A stretch of 48,031 bases of DNA from Candidatus Omnitrophota bacterium (GCA_026387385.1 JAPLLU010000091.1:1-48031), one strand, 5' to 3'. Counted from the stretch's first letter, positions 1-10,810 are shown. Numbers and translations are program-made. The notes: generated by a model from the sequence alone, not told the origin.

Positions 1-179
1 TCTTTTAGCGACTTATCCCAGCGCTCCCCTTCTTTATAATACACATCAAAACAACTTATCCTGACGCCAAAAGGCCTCAATGCCTCATACCAGGCCAGGA
101 AATGATACGGCATAGAATCCACGATTACTCCGTCCATATCAAAGATGACTGCCTGGGGTTGTTTTTTAAGCTTCTTCAT
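1..179 (-). CDS. HAD-superfamily hydrolase (beta-phosphoglucomutase-like), N-terminal part only; the rest lies beyond the window edge
   Basis: The reverse complement translates from ATG (177-179) as MKKLKKQPQAVIFDMDGVIVDSMPYHFLAWYEAL..., carrying HAD motif I (DxDGV). The frame stays open to position 1. It is absent from the ORF track because it is shorter than 60 aa. Confidence 0.7.
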   Translation of the reverse strand, partial: MKKLKKQPQAVIFDMDGVIVDSMPYHFLAWYEALRPFGVRISCFDVYYKEGERWDKSLK

Positions 180-181
180 TC

Positions 182-2002
182 TTATTTTCTGCCTGAAGCA
201 TGAACCATATCTTTTATTTCCTTAGTGACTTTATGCTTAAGGAGTTCTTCGAGAGAAAGTGGGATGGCGAGAGACCAGTTTTTAGGGTTTATGGTACCGG
301 GGGTATTGATCCTGTATTGATAAGGATCTCCTTTAAAGATATCGGCGAGATACAGCCAATCCACGATAAGATTAATACAGAATATCGCCTCTGATTCCAA
401 TGTAATTTTCAGCGCCGCACGCACAATCTCAGCGTCGGATTCTTCCCTTCCCCGGCCCTTGATATTTAAATGTTGCCAGAGTTTTTCTTTTTCCCGGTGA
501 GAATTCTCATACAAATCTATAAAATCCCCGACCTCTTCTTTTTTCTTGTCTAAGATGGATATGAGCAAATTAACAGAGGTAACACTGTCTTGCCAGCGTA
601 ATCTTCCGCAACGCGAGCGGCTAAAATCAAACAATTTATCTTTTACGGCATTGTAATCTATCTTTCTATCAGCGCATTTCCTTCTAAATAAATCCTCGTC
701 TATGGTGCCTGCCTCATTTTCCCACCAGGCCGGCCAGTTTGTGGTGTCGTGGGTAGATAACATGGCTACGGAAATACCGCGGTAACTTTTAGGTTCAAGA
801 AAATCGTGCTCTACCTTCCAGTCTTTGACCCAACGCTGGACATCATTACCGGGTATGCCCATTTCCTTTAAAGTGTCTGGGCAGGCCTTAGGTATTACTC
901 CCAAATCCTCAGCGCATAAAAGCATCCTTGTATTATCATTTAGAACCGAAAGCAGATTTTTCCCGTGCTCTCTCCATCTTTTTTCATCCTTCGGGTCAAA
1001 AAAACCATTCAGTCCTTTATTTTCCAAAGGCTCATTATACGGTATACTCCAGATCCTAAACAAACCCACTACGTGGTCTATCCTCAGGATATCATAGAAG
1101 TTTTCAGCGTATTTAAGTTTCTCTTTTACGTAGTTAAACCCGCCTATTGCGATCTCTTCCCAATTATAGGTAGGCATACCCCAGCGCTGTCCTTTTGCGC
1201 AATACGTGTCGGCAGGAGCACCCGCTGCAAACTCCAATTTAAAGAATTCTGGATGCTGCCATACATCAGCGCTATCTCTTGATACCAATATCGGCAGGTC
1301 TCCTTTTATGAGAACCTTCTTAGATTCAGCGTATTTTTTTACATCTTTGAACTGCTTAAAAACCAACCACTGCACCCAAGCCTCAAAACAGATTTCTCTC
1401 TCGTGCTCCTTCTTAAAAATCTCGAATTCCAGCGACTTACGGTTCCTATAGCTATCCTCCCATTCATACCAGGCTTTTTGCGAATGATGTTCTTTGAGGA
1501 CTTTAAATAGCGCGAAATCATCGATCCAGTAACTGTTTTCTTCTTTAAATTTATTGAATTCTTTGGAGGCGGATGAGCCGTTTTCAATAAATATATCCCA
1601 AAGCAGGCGTATCTTCTCTTTCTTTATCCGGTAATCCACATAAGTGTTTCCCTTAGGAAACATTCTCCTTAAGTTTTCTAATTTCTCTCTGACCGATTTT
1701 TTCTTTGTGCCGGGAATCAGTCTTAATGATATGTATGATGGCTCTAAAGCAAAAGAACTTACAGAATCATAAGGACAAAATAGAGAGCCGACTTCATTCA
1801 AAGGCAGAAGCTGGATTATGGAATTACCTGTCTTATGAGCCCAATCTATAAGCAGCCGTAGGTCGTCTAACTCGCCTATGCCGATACTATCGTTAGAATA
1901 TACAGAGAATAACGGAACCAATACCCCTGCTCTTTTACGCAGGCCAGTATTCAGCCATTTATCTTTTGAGGGAGTATTCAGTAAAGAACTGTCTACGCTC
2001 AT
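182..2002 (-). CDS. malQ: 4-alpha-glucanotransferase (amylomaltase, GH77)
   Basis: 606-aa ORF with GH77 hallmarks: LPLNEVG..SPYDS, GDLPILVSRDSADVW, RIDHVVGLFRIWSIP, CAEDLGVIP, STHDTTN. Confidence 0.9.
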   Translation of the reverse strand: MSVDSSLLNTPSKDKWLNTGLRKRAGVLVPLFSVYSNDSIGIGELDDLRLLIDWAHKTGNSIIQLLPLNEVGSLFCPYDSVSSFALEPSYISLRLIPGTKKKSVREKLENLRRMFPKGNTYVDYRIKKEKIRLLWDIFIENGSSASKEFNKFKEENSYWIDDFALFKVLKEHHSQKAWYEWEDSYRNRKSLEFEIFKKEHEREICFEAWVQWLVFKQFKDVKKYAESKKVLIKGDLPILVSRDSADVWQHPEFFKLEFAAGAPADTYCAKGQRWGMPTYNWEEIAIGGFNYVKEKLKYAENFYDILRIDHVVGLFRIWSIPYNEPLENKGLNGFFDPKDEKRWREHGKNLLSVLNDNTRMLLCAEDLGVIPKACPDTLKEMGIPGNDVQRWVKDWKVEHDFLEPKSYRGISVAMLSTHDTTNWPAWWENEAGTIDEDLFRRKCADRKIDYNAVKDKLFDFSRSRCGRLRWQDSVTSVNLLISILDKKKEEVGDFIDLYENSHREKEKLWQHLNIKGRGREESDAEIVRAALKITLESEAIFCINLIVDWLYLADIFKGDPYQYRINTPGTINPKNWSLAIPLSLEELLKHKVTKEIKDMVHASGRK

Positions 2003-2811
2003 TGTATAAAGATTAGACGGATTATTTTATCTGCCCAGAATAATGAAACAAGTGCAGCTAAGGATAAGAATGGGCCGTAAGGTATGAGGTGTTCTTTTTT
2101 TACGATAAGATTTATTATCCCGATGACCGCGCCAAATAAAGGAGCAATGAAAAAAGTCAACACCGCGCCTTGCCAGCCTAAGAATGCGCCGATCATGGCT
2201 AATAATTTTACATCTCCGCCGCCCATAGACTCGGTTTCACCCTGTATGGGAGGTTTTTTTAGGAGTTTAAAATAAACCAGGTCAAAGAGGAAACCCGTAA
2301 GATATATAATACCGCCGCCGATAATAATACCCAACAAAGAATCAAGCATGGGTTTTATATTATAGGAAAAGGGGGCTAAGTTAAAACCTTTTATAGCGCT
2401 CAGTACAAAACCCACAATCATCCCGCCGATAGAAACTTCATCAGGTATGATGCGGTGTTTTATATCTACAAACGAGGCAATGATTAAGTTACAGACAAAA
2501 ATGGCGTAGATAAAGAATTCGTATTTTAGGCCGTAGAGGTTATAAAGTACTACAAAGGCCAGGGCAGTTAACAACTCGACTACTAAATACCTTAGCGATA
2601 TCCTTTCTTTACAAAAGCGGCATCTGCCTCTTAAAAATAAATAACTTATAAAAGGTAAGTTGTCATACCAAGGTATCTTCTTTTCGCATTTAGGGCAATG
2701 AGAATGCGGCCAGACTACCGACTTACCAAGCGGCATGCGGTATATGCAGACGTTTAAAAAACTACCGACAACAGAACCGAAAATAAATGCTAATATTTTG
2801 GCTTCTATCAT
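1999..2811 (-). CDS. Prepilin peptidase / N-methyltransferase (A24 family, PilD-like)
   Basis: 270-aa polytopic membrane ORF with the CxxC...CxxC zinc motif (CPKCEKK...CRFCKERIS) and GGGDVKLLAMIGAFLG. It overlaps both neighbouring genes by 4 nt. Confidence 0.88.
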   Translation of the reverse strand: MIEAKILAFIFGSVVGSFLNVCIYRMPLGKSVVWPHSHCPKCEKKIPWYDNLPFISYLFLRGRCRFCKERISLRYLVVELLTALAFVVLYNLYGLKYEFFIYAIFVCNLIIASFVDIKHRIIPDEVSIGGMIVGFVLSAIKGFNLAPFSYNIKPMLDSLLGIIIGGGIIYLTGFLFDLVYFKLLKKPPIQGETESMGGGDVKLLAMIGAFLGWQGAVLTFFIAPLFGAVIGIINLIVKKEHLIPYGPFLSLAALVSLFWADKIIRLIFIQ

Positions 2812-3653
2812 AACTTTCTCACCTCTTTCTCTAAGACCTCTCTCATTACCTTGACTGGTGCTTTTTTATCCGTCCACAACTCAAAAGAAAGTGCCCCCTG
2901 ATGTAAAAGCATGCCTAAACCATTAGAAACCTTGGCGCCAACTTCTTTTGCCAATGCCAATAATTTTGTTTCCGCTGGATTATAAATTAAATCGTATACT
3001 AAAAGTTTTGAATGCAAGGCATCCGGGTTAACTAAACACGGATCGCTATCTTTCATGCCGATAGGGGTAGCATTAATCAATAAATCAAGATTTGGCATAT
3101 CGAGCTCTGCGACCGAATTTACGGCTGCATAATTTACGTCGCCAAAGATTTTTTTTAAATGGCTTACCAGCGCCATTAATTTGGGTTTATCTATATCGTA
3201 AATGGCGATCGCTTTTGGCTTTGTTTTACTCAGACAGACAGAAACCGCTTTTGCTGCGCCCCCTGCGCCAAGGATAGCAATATTTTTACCTTTTGGTTCA
3301 AAATTTAAATCTTCGCTTAAAGATTTAAGGAAACCTGATCCGTCGGTATTAAAACCCTCTAATCTGGATTTCGAAACTTTAATAGTATTAACCGCGCCTA
3401 TCAATTCTGCTTCAGAAGATATGCTATCCAAAGAAGGCATGACTTTTTCTTTATACGGCACAGTGACATTCAAACCGAAAATATTATTCTTTGCAAGCGA
3501 ACTTAAAAAAATATTTAATTCAGAAGGCTCAATTTCAAAAATCTTATATTCGGCATTTATTCTTAAGGCTTTGAATGCAGCGTTGTGCATTACCGGCGAG
3601 AGGCTGTGTTTGGCAGGATAACCTAATACACCGTATATTTTAGTGTAAGGCAT
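2808..3653 (-). CDS. aroE: Shikimate dehydrogenase
   Basis: Motifs YGVLGYPAKHSLSPVMHNAAF, NVTVPYKEKV, NTDGSGF, ILGAGGAAKAV. The ORF track extends to a TTG at 3683, but those 10 codons lie on the arm of repeat B1. ATG at 3651-3653 (MPYTKIYGVLG) fits the family N-terminus better. Confidence 0.85.
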   Translation of the reverse strand: MPYTKIYGVLGYPAKHSLSPVMHNAAFKALRINAEYKIFEIEPSELNIFLSSLAKNNIFGLNVTVPYKEKVMPSLDSISSEAELIGAVNTIKVSKSRLEGFNTDGSGFLKSLSEDLNFEPKGKNIAILGAGGAAKAVSVCLSKTKPKAIAIYDIDKPKLMALVSHLKKIFGDVNYAAVNSVAELDMPNLDLLINATPIGMKDSDPCLVNPDALHSKLLVYDLIYNPAETKLLALAKEVGAKVSNGLGMLLHQGALSFELWTDKKAPVKVMREVLEKEVRKL

Positions 3654-3668
3654 TTTATAAAGATGGAT

Positions 3669-3770
3669 AAATCCCAAATTCAAAACTCAAGTTTAGCATT
3701 TGGCACTTCGACTATGCTCAGTGCCAATGGTGAGCGCAGTCGAAACATTGGAAATTGGAACTTGGGATTT
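3669..3770 (+). repeat. Family B structured module (copy B1) inside an outer AT-rich stem
   Basis: Core 3697-3751: catttggcac TTCGACTATGCTC a gtgccaatg gt GAGCGCAGTCGAA acattgg. Outer arms aaatcccaaattcaaaactcaag / ggaaattggaacttgggattt. Confidence 0.85.
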
Positions 3771-3792
3771 AAATGTCATTAAATAACTCTCC

Positions 3793-5298
3793 TTATAAAC
3801 TCTCTATCTTATTCAGGGCGTTTATGTATGCCCTTACCGATGCCTCAATAATATCCGTGCTTGAGCCGCGCGCAGTCACTACCCTGCCTTTAGCTTTCAA
3901 CTTCAGACTTACCTCTCCAAGTGCATCCTTGCCCTTCGTAACTGCTTCGATACGATAATCCTGAAGTTCTCCTTTTATTCCGGTAATTTTGTCTACTGCC
4001 TTAAAACAAGCATCCACCGGTCCGTCTCCGGATGACTTTGCTGAAAGGGGTTTATTTTTAAACTTCAAGGTAAGAAAGGCTTCGGGAATAATTTTTGTCC
4101 CGGAATTAATCACGAAACTTTCAAATCTCCAGGTGGACTTAATCAGTTTGATTTCATCCTCAACAATAGAGATTAAATCCTCATCGAATATATTCTTCTT
4201 CTTATCGGCCAGCTCCTTAAAACGCTCGTTAACTTTATCGATTTCTTCCTGAGAAAGAACAAAACCCAGTTCTTTCAATCTTTCGTTTAAGGCATGCCTT
4301 CCCGAATGTTTCCCCAGGACAATGCCCGTTCCCGTGAAGCCGACATCTTCTGGCTTAATGATTTCATAGGTAGAACGCTCTTTTAAAACTCCATCCTGGT
4401 GGATGCCGGATTCATGCCTAAAGGCATTACTGCCGACTATCGCCTTATTAGGAGCGACTACGAATCCGGTTAATTTGCTTACCAGACGAGAAACCTTATG
4501 GATCTGATGCGTGTTAATCTGCGTTTCTACATTAGAGAATATGTCTTTACGCGTCTTAATAGCCATGACAATCTCTTCCATGGAAGCGTTCCCTGCGCGC
4601 TCTCCTATTCCGTTTATAGTGCATTCGACCTGGCGTGCGCCGTTTTTTATCGCTTCCAGGGAATTAGCCACAGCTAACCCTAAATCATTGTGGCAATGCA
4701 CAGAGATAACCGCCCTGTAAATATTGGGGACATTTTCTTTTATAACCTTAATCAAATCTCCGTACTCAACAGGTTCTGCATACCCGACGGTATCGGGGAT
4801 ATTGACGGTGGTAGCGCCTGCGTTGATAACAGCTTCGACAACCTTAAAAAGAAACTGTCGTTCGCTGCGGGAAGCATCCTCAGGAGAAAATTCTACATCC
4901 TCACAAAATTTTCTGGTGTACTTAACTGATTCTACAGCAAGCCTCAGGATTTCTTCTTCTGCTTTTTTTAATTTATACTGCATATGAATCTTGGAAGTAG
5001 CCAGAAACACATGGATGCGGGAGTTTTTCGCGTATTTCACCGCTTCATGTGCTGCATCTATGTCCTGTTTAATTGCGCGTGCGAGGCCGCAGATAACCGG
5101 GCCCTTAATGGATTTGGCGATATTTTTTACCGAATCCAAGTCTCCCTTGCTTGATATGGGAAAACCTGCCTCAATAACATCTACGCCTAAATCTGCCAGT
5201 GCATGCGCAATCTCAAGTTTTTCTGCCGGATTCAGGCTTGCTCCCGGCGCCTGCTCTCCATCGCGTAAAGTTGTATCAAATATAATTATCTTTTCCAT
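3793..5298 (-). CDS. leuA: 2-isopropylmalate synthase
   Basis: 501 aa: IFDTTLRDGEQAPG, HCHNDLGLAVANSLEA, and a C-terminal LeuA dimerisation/regulatory domain. Confidence 0.92.
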   Translation of the reverse strand: MEKIIIFDTTLRDGEQAPGASLNPAEKLEIAHALADLGVDVIEAGFPISSKGDLDSVKNIAKSIKGPVICGLARAIKQDIDAAHEAVKYAKNSRIHVFLATSKIHMQYKLKKAEEEILRLAVESVKYTRKFCEDVEFSPEDASRSERQFLFKVVEAVINAGATTVNIPDTVGYAEPVEYGDLIKVIKENVPNIYRAVISVHCHNDLGLAVANSLEAIKNGARQVECTINGIGERAGNASMEEIVMAIKTRKDIFSNVETQINTHQIHKVSRLVSKLTGFVVAPNKAIVGSNAFRHESGIHQDGVLKERSTYEIIKPEDVGFTGTGIVLGKHSGRHALNERLKELGFVLSQEEIDKVNERFKELADKKKNIFDEDLISIVEDEIKLIKSTWRFESFVINSGTKIIPEAFLTLKFKNKPLSAKSSGDGPVDACFKAVDKITGIKGELQDYRIEAVTKGKDALGEVSLKLKAKGRVVTARGSSTDIIEASVRAYINALNKIESL

Positions 5299-5316
5299 AT
5301 ATTAACCTACTCTTGA

Positions 5317-5433
5317 GGTTGTAAGTTGCAGATTCAAGTTTAGTGGGTGGCACGGGGATGCTTCGCAGCGCGTCTTAGCGCAAGAAGCGCCCCGTGACAG
5401 GACCCGCTAAACGCGTACGTGCAACTTATAACC
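5317..5433 (+). repeat. Family C hairpin element (copy C1) with an extra outer stem
   Basis: Core 5339-5412: tttagtgggtggc-acgggg-[loop]-ccccgt-gacaggacccgctaaac. Outer stem ggttgtaagttgca / tgcaacttataacc. It fills the ilvC-leuA gap. Confidence 0.88.
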
Positions 5434-5435
5434 TT

Positions 5436-6428
5436 CTATTTCCTCATCCAGGGCATCATCTCCCGTAGCTGCTTTCCCACTTTCTCTATCTGATGTTCGT
5501 CGCCCTTCTTTAAGAGCTCATTAAATACAGGCCGGCCGGCCTCATTCTCTTTAATCCATTCGCGGGCAAACTTTCCGGATTTAATATCCTTTAAGAGTTT
5601 CTTCATGGCCTTGCGAGTCTTTTCGGTAATAATCTTCGGGCCCCGGCTTAAATCCCCATAGCAGGCAGTATTAGAAACACGCCTACGCATACCGGATATG
5701 CCTGTCTCCTGTATAAGGTCGGTAATTAGTTTTAATTCATGCAAGACTTCAAAATAAGCAATCTCAGGCTGATAACCTGCTTCCACTAAAGTATCAAAAC
5801 CTGCTTTTATTAATTCAGTCACCCCTCCGCAAAGCACTGCCTGTTCACCAAATAAATCAGTTTCTGTCTCTTCGTCGAAAGTTGTCTCTATTACGCCTGC
5901 TTTTGTGGCGCGTAGTGCCTTTGCGTAAGCTAAGGCCAGCTGTTTTGCTTCGCCACTGCCATTCTGAAAAACCGCGACCAATGACGGAACGCCCTTACCT
6001 TCTTCATACATACGCCTTACCAAAGCACCGGGACCTTTAGGCGCAATCATAAATACATCCACATTTTTAGGCGGTTTTATCTGTTTAAACCTGATATTAA
6101 AACCATGCGAAAAGCAAAGTGCCTTACCCTTTTTTAAATACGGCCTAATGCTTTCTTTATAAACCTTTGCCTGGACGTGGTCCTGGGTGAGAATCTGTAT
6201 GATATCAGCAGATTTAACAGCATCAGCCGCACTTACGGGTACAAAACCGTCCTGCTTTGCCTGTTCGTAATTAGGCGTGCCTTCCAATTCAGAAATAATC
6301 ACCCTGCATCCAGAATCACGCAAACACAATGCCTGTCCGCGGCCCTGAATACCGTAACCGATAATAGCGATTGTCTTATCTTTTAAAAGTTCCAAATCTG
6401 CATCCTGGTCATAATAAATCTTTGCCAT
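5436..6428 (-). CDS. ilvC: Ketol-acid reductoisomerase (class I)
   Basis: 330 aa: [41 protein letters not shown]. An AGGAGG RBS lies 4 nt upstream. Confidence 0.93.
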   Translation of the reverse strand: MAKIYYDQDADLELLKDKTIAIIGYGIQGRGQALCLRDSGCRVIISELEGTPNYEQAKQDGFVPVSAADAVKSADIIQILTQDHVQAKVYKESIRPYLKKGKALCFSHGFNIRFKQIKPPKNVDVFMIAPKGPGALVRRMYEEGKGVPSLVAVFQNGSGEAKQLALAYAKALRATKAGVIETTFDEETETDLFGEQAVLCGGVTELIKAGFDTLVEAGYQPEIAYFEVLHELKLITDLIQETGISGMRRRVSNTACYGDLSRGPKIITEKTRKAMKKLLKDIKSGKFAREWIKENEAGRPVFNELLKKGDEHQIEKVGKQLREMMPWMRK

Positions 6429-6437
6429 ACTTCCTCC

Positions 6438-6624
6438 TTAAATGAGCACTTGATTTATGGAGCCTATAAAGGCGACATAAATCAATCTTCTATGAGACAC
6501 TATCCTGTTTGTGCGAATTTAACCCCTCACTCAGAGACGTTATAGAGTGTAATTCGATATCTGAGTGAGGGGTGAGTTCGGCCAAATAACTTATGTCGCA
6601 CTACGCGCTCCATAAGTTATGGCC
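6438..6624 (+). repeat. Family F tripartite structured repeat (copy F-C)
   Basis: ttaaatgagc + hairpin (ttgatTTATGGAGC..GCGACATAAatcaa) + gcgaattt + hairpin (aacccctcactcaga..tctgagtgaggggt) + gagttcgg + hairpin (ataacTTATGTCGC..gCTCCATAAgttat). It fills the ilvN-ilvC gap and abuts the ilvC RBS. Confidence 0.88.
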
Positions 6625-6628
6625 TCAC

Positions 6629-7102
6629 TCAGGAACTAATAGCTAGTCTTCCTGTTCTTACTAACTCCTTAATCCCGAATTTATTTAATACCTCAAGTAA
6701 TTGTTTGATATTTTCCTGCTTATCCGCTGCCTCGATAATTGCTACATCGCCTTTGTGTTGAATTATCTTGGCCACGTATTTTTTTAATACGACCTCAAGC
6801 TTATCCTTATCTTTTGCAGAACAATTCACCTTTGACAGGACTAATTCACGATCAACGTGTTCTTTCTTGGTAAAATCAGTTATGGAAATAACATCGATAA
6901 GCTTATTGAGCTGCTTCTTTATCTGCTCCAAGACCTTCTCATCTTCTGCTTCCACCACTATTGTCATATAAGAAGTATCCGGATCCAGCGTCTCACTTAC
7001 TGCTAAAGACGCAATATTGTATCCTCGGGCACTGAATAATCCCGCAATACGCGCCAAGACTCCGAATTTATTTTCTACTAAAACTGATATTGTATGCCTC
7101 AT
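6629..7102 (-). CDS. ilvN: Acetolactate synthase small (regulatory) subunit, ACT domain
   Basis: 157 aa: MRHTISVLVENKFGVLARIAGLFSARGYNIASLAV is the typical IlvN/IlvH start. Confidence 0.9.
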   Translation of the reverse strand: MRHTISVLVENKFGVLARIAGLFSARGYNIASLAVSETLDPDTSYMTIVVEAEDEKVLEQIKKQLNKLIDVISITDFTKKEHVDRELVLSKVNCSAKDKDKLEVVLKKYVAKIIQHKGDVAIIEAADKQENIKQLLEVLNKFGIKELVRTGRLAISS

Positions 7103-7130
7103 TCGTCGCTCTCGCTCCTCAATCTTAGAA

Positions 7131-7264
7131 CGTAAAGCGCAAAACGTAAAGTTACAACGCCTGCCTGACGGCAGTCAGGTAAAACTTAAAACGTTTTAAG
7201 TTTTTAGCTTTCCTGCCTACCGGCAGTCAGGAGTTTTTCGCTTTTCGCTTTACACTTTACGCTT
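7131..7264 (-). repeat. Family A palindromic repeat, long form (copy A1), inverted relative to A2-A5
   Basis: Its reverse complement aligns along the full length with A3 (about 88% by eye). Ends are agcgtaaagtgtaaag / ctttacgct. It contains two cctgNctgccgNNaggcagg palindromes. It fills the ilvB-ilvN gap. Confidence 0.9.
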
Positions 7265-7265
7265 A

Positions 7266-8930
7266 TTATGCCAATCCCTCTATCATCCTGTTTATCGCCT
7301 CGCCCGCAGGCACCATAGGATAAACATTTTCCTCAGGTTCGACATGAAAATCAACAAAAACCGTATTTTCTGTTGATAAGGCCTTATCGATTGCCGGCCT
7401 TACGTCTTCTTTACGGTCCACCCTTATTCCTACAGCGCCGTAACTTTGCGCCAGCTTCACAAAATCAGGGGAAGTAATACAAACCTGTGAATAGCGCTTC
7501 TTATAGAATAATTCCTGCCACTGCCGCACCATCCCCAGATACCCGTTATTCAGTATCGCTACTTTTACATTTATCTTATTGCACACACAGGTACCTAACT
7601 CCTGTATGTTCATCTGGATTGAGCCATCTCCGGCGATATCAATAACCACCTTATCAGGACAACCCATCTTAGCGCCCATTGCTGCAGGAAAACCAAAGCC
7701 CATAGTACCCAAGCCACCACTGGATATAAATGAACGCGGATGGTCATACTTATACCATTGCGCTGCCCACATCTGATTCTGGCCTACTTCAGTGGTAATA
7801 ATCGCATTGCCTTTGGTAGCCTCGTAAATCTGTTCCACCACGTATTGCGGCTTAAGCCTTCCGTCATCTTTATATTTCAAAGGATGTTTTTTCTTAAAAC
7901 CCTCTACCGTCTTAATCCAGTCAGAAGTATCAGGGGCTTTTTTAAGCTGCTCAGATAATTCACCGAGTATATTTTTGGCATCACCGACTATCGGGATATC
8001 AACCCTGATATTCTTACTGATCGAAGCTGGGTCAATATCAATGTGGATAACTTTTGCCCCTGGTGCAAAAGTATCGGTCCTACCGGTAACACGGTCATCA
8101 AAACGCGCTCCTACCGCAATAATTACGTCTGCCTCCATTATTGCGTGGTTGGCATAAGCCGTACCGTGCATACCAAGCATCCCTAAAGAAAGTCTATGCG
8201 TAGCAGGAAACCCTCCAATACCCATCAGGGTCCAGGTAACCGGTGCCTGGATTTTCTCTGCCAGTTCTCTCAATTCCTGATTTGCGCCGCTAGTAATAAT
8301 TCCGCCACCTGAATAAATAATGGGTTTTTTGGCCTGGGCAATAATTTTTGCGGCTTTTTTAATCTGGCCGGGATGACCAAAATAAGTAGGATTATATCCC
8401 CTCATTTTAACTTCCTCGGGCCAGATAAATTCCGTGTCTTGTAGCTGTATATCAGAAGGGATATCTATTAAAACCGGTCCGGGCCTACCCGTAGAAGCAA
8501 TATGGAAGGCCTCCCGTATAATACGCGCCAAATCTTTCACGTCTTTAACCAGATAATTATGTTTGGTTATCGGCCTGGTAACTCCGGTAACATCTGCCTC
8601 CTGAAATGCATCATTACCAATCAAAAAAGTTTTGACTTGCCCGGTAATTGCCACCAACGGAATTGAATCCATGTAGGCATTGGCAATGCCTGTAGTCAAG
8701 TTGGTTGCACCCGGCCCGGAAGTAGCAAGACAAACTCCGACTTTTCCGGTGGCACGGGCATATCCATCCGCTGCGTGCGCTGCGCCCTGCTCATGCCGCG
8801 TCAAGATAAATTTCAGATCAGCGTCGTAGAGCTTATCAAAGATAGGCAGGACCTGCCCGCCGGGATAGCCAAACATCACTTCCACGCCTTCTCGCTTCAA
8901 ACACTCTAATAAGATTTGTGCACCAATCAT
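7266..8930 (-). CDS. ilvB: Acetolactate synthase large subunit (ThDP-dependent)
   Basis: [25 protein letters not shown]..., plus the ThDP motif [14 protein letters not shown]. The ORF track starts at 8963, but the first 11 codons run into repeat D1. ATG at 8928-8930 matches the family N-terminus. Confidence 0.9.
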   Translation of the reverse strand: MIGAQILLECLKREGVEVMFGYPGGQVLPIFDKLYDADLKFILTRHEQGAAHAADGYARATGKVGVCLATSGPGATNLTTGIANAYMDSIPLVAITGQVKTFLIGNDAFQEADVTGVTRPITKHNYLVKDVKDLARIIREAFHIASTGRPGPVLIDIPSDIQLQDTEFIWPEEVKMRGYNPTYFGHPGQIKKAAKIIAQAKKPIIYSGGGIITSGANQELRELAEKIQAPVTWTLMGIGGFPATHRLSLGMLGMHGTAYANHAIMEADVIIAVGARFDDRVTGRTDTFAPGAKVIHIDIDPASISKNIRVDIPIVGDAKNILGELSEQLKKAPDTSDWIKTVEGFKKKHPLKYKDDGRLKPQYVVEQIYEATKGNAIITTEVGQNQMWAAQWYKYDHPRSFISSGGLGTMGFGFPAAMGAKMGCPDKVVIDIAGDGSIQMNIQELGTCVCNKINVKVAILNNGYLGMVRQWQELFYKKRYSQVCITSPDFVKLAQSYGAVGIRVDRKEDVRPAIDKALSTENTVFVDFHVEPEENVYPMVPAGEAINRMIEGLA

Positions 8931-8957
8931 TATTATACTCCGAAATAAATTACAGAA

Positions 8958-9005
8958 GTCCACAGTCCACAGTCAACGGTCCGCAATGGACTGTTGACTG
9001 TCGAC
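8958..9005 (+). repeat. Family D octamer-repeat hairpin (copy D1)
   Basis: gtccacagtccacagtcaacggtcc gcaat ggactgttgactgtcgac. It fills the ilvD-ilvB gap. Confidence 0.85.
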
Positions 9006-9016
9006 GCGCAATATAT

Positions 9017-10669
9017 CTACGCTAATATAGCGCCTTTATCCGCCGAGCTCACCAGCTTAGAATACCGGGCGAGATAACCCGTTTTAATCTTAGGTGGAAT
9101 CGGCTTCCAGGATTTAAACCTTTTCTCTATTTCAGTTTTACTCAAAGCCACTTCTAACTTTCTATTCGGTATATCTATAGTAATTATATCACCGTCTTTT
9201 AATATGGCAATGGTGCCTCTGCTTGCTGCCTCAGGTGAAATATGCCCGATACAGGGCCCTTTTGTTCCGCCTGAAAATCTTCCATCGGTGATCAGGGCCA
9301 CAGAATCAGCCAGGCCCATCCCCACGATAGCAGAGGTAGGCGCAAGCATTTCGCGCATGCCGGGTCCGCCGCTAGGCCCTTCATAACGGATGACTATACA
9401 ATCGCCTTTATCTATCTTTTTAGATAAAATTGCCTGCATTGCCTCTTCCTCACGGTTAAACACCCGTGCGCGGCCAGCAAATTGCATCATCTTCGGATTC
9501 ACCGCTGATTGTTTCACCACAGCTCCTGCGGGAGCAAGATTACCGAATAAAACCGCAATGCCTCCCTGTTTATGGTAGGCGCGGCTTGTGGTGCGAATGA
9601 CTTCCTCATCGAAAATCTCAGCACTATCTGCGATATCAAAAACCTTCTTCCCGCTTAACGTCAGAGTATTATTTAATTTACCCTTCAGCCTTTTTAAGAC
9701 TGCGGGAATACCTCCAGCATATTCTAAATCTTCCATAAAATGTGGGCCTGCGGGCTCAAGATTAGTAATATGGCAGACTTCTTTGCTTATCTTATCAAAA
9801 GTCTTAAGGCCTAACTCCAACCCTGCCTCATGGCTAATCGCCATCAGATGTAAAACAGTATTACTCGACCCGCCCAGGGCCATATCCACAATAATGGCAT
9901 TCTCAAGGGATTTCTTATTAATAATATCTAAGGGAGTAATATTTTTTTTGACTAACTCCACGATGCGTTCACCGCTTTCCTCGGCAATCCTGCGTTTCTT
10001 GGCAGAAACTGCTAATGCGGTCCCGCATCCGGGAAGAGACATTCCCATAGCCTCAGTTAGACAAGCCATAGTATTAGCTGTATACAAACCCTGGCATGAG
10101 CCAGCGCCTGGACAGGCCTCCATCTCTAAACAGGATAATTCCTCTTTTGAGATATCGCCTTTTTTCCCCCGGGCTAAGGCCTCATAAGTATCATGCACAA
10201 AAGCAAGCTTCTTTTGCCTAAAGCGCCCTGAAAGCATAGGGCCTGCAGTAACAATAATTGCCGGAATATTCAGGCGGGCTACACCCATGAGCATGCCTGG
10301 TGTGATTTTGTCGCAATTAGTCAGGCACACAATTCCGTCTAGGCTATGCGCATTACAGACCGTCTCAATAGTATCTGCCACGATCTCCCTTAAAGCCAAA
10401 GGATAGCACATGCCTAAATGCCCCATGGCAATACCGTCGCAGATACCCGGCACACCAAATAGAAACGGTACTCCGCCTCCGTAACAAATTCCCCGTTCAA
10501 TGAAACGTTCTAAGTCACGCATGCCGATATGTCCGGGGATTAAGTCCGTAAAAGAACTGGCTATGCCGATAAATGGCCTCTCCAAATCTTTCTTTCCTAG
10601 CCCTGTGGCATGCAAAAGCGCGCGGTGCGGAACCCGCTCTAATCCTTTCTTAATTTTATCGGAACGCAT
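9017..10669 (-). CDS. ilvD: Dihydroxy-acid dehydratase
   Basis: 550 aa: [43 protein letters not shown]. Confidence 0.93.
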   Translation of the reverse strand: MRSDKIKKGLERVPHRALLHATGLGKKDLERPFIGIASSFTDLIPGHIGMRDLERFIERGICYGGGVPFLFGVPGICDGIAMGHLGMCYPLALREIVADTIETVCNAHSLDGIVCLTNCDKITPGMLMGVARLNIPAIIVTAGPMLSGRFRQKKLAFVHDTYEALARGKKGDISKEELSCLEMEACPGAGSCQGLYTANTMACLTEAMGMSLPGCGTALAVSAKKRRIAEESGERIVELVKKNITPLDIINKKSLENAIIVDMALGGSSNTVLHLMAISHEAGLELGLKTFDKISKEVCHITNLEPAGPHFMEDLEYAGGIPAVLKRLKGKLNNTLTLSGKKVFDIADSAEIFDEEVIRTTSRAYHKQGGIAVLFGNLAPAGAVVKQSAVNPKMMQFAGRARVFNREEEAMQAILSKKIDKGDCIVIRYEGPSGGPGMREMLAPTSAIVGMGLADSVALITDGRFSGGTKGPCIGHISPEAASRGTIAILKDGDIITIDIPNRKLEVALSKTEIEKRFKSWKPIPPKIKTGYLARYSKLVSSADKGAILA

Positions 10670-10696
10670 AATTTATCTCCTTCTAAATATACATGT

Positions 10697-10810
10697 AGCG
10701 TAAAGTGTAAAACGTAAATCGAAAAACTCCTGCCTGCCGGCAGGCAGGGAAACTTAAAACTCAAAACTTTAAGCTTTAACTTTACGCTTTTCGCTTTAAG
10801 CTTTACGCTT
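10697..10810 (+). repeat. Family A palindromic repeat, short form (copy A2)
   Basis: agcgtaaagtgtaaaacgtaaatcgaaaaact-CCTGCCTGCCGGCAGGCAGG (perfect 20-bp palindrome, 10729-10748)-...ctttacgcttttcgctttaagctttacgctt. It lies between the aldolase gene and ilvD. Confidence 0.9.
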
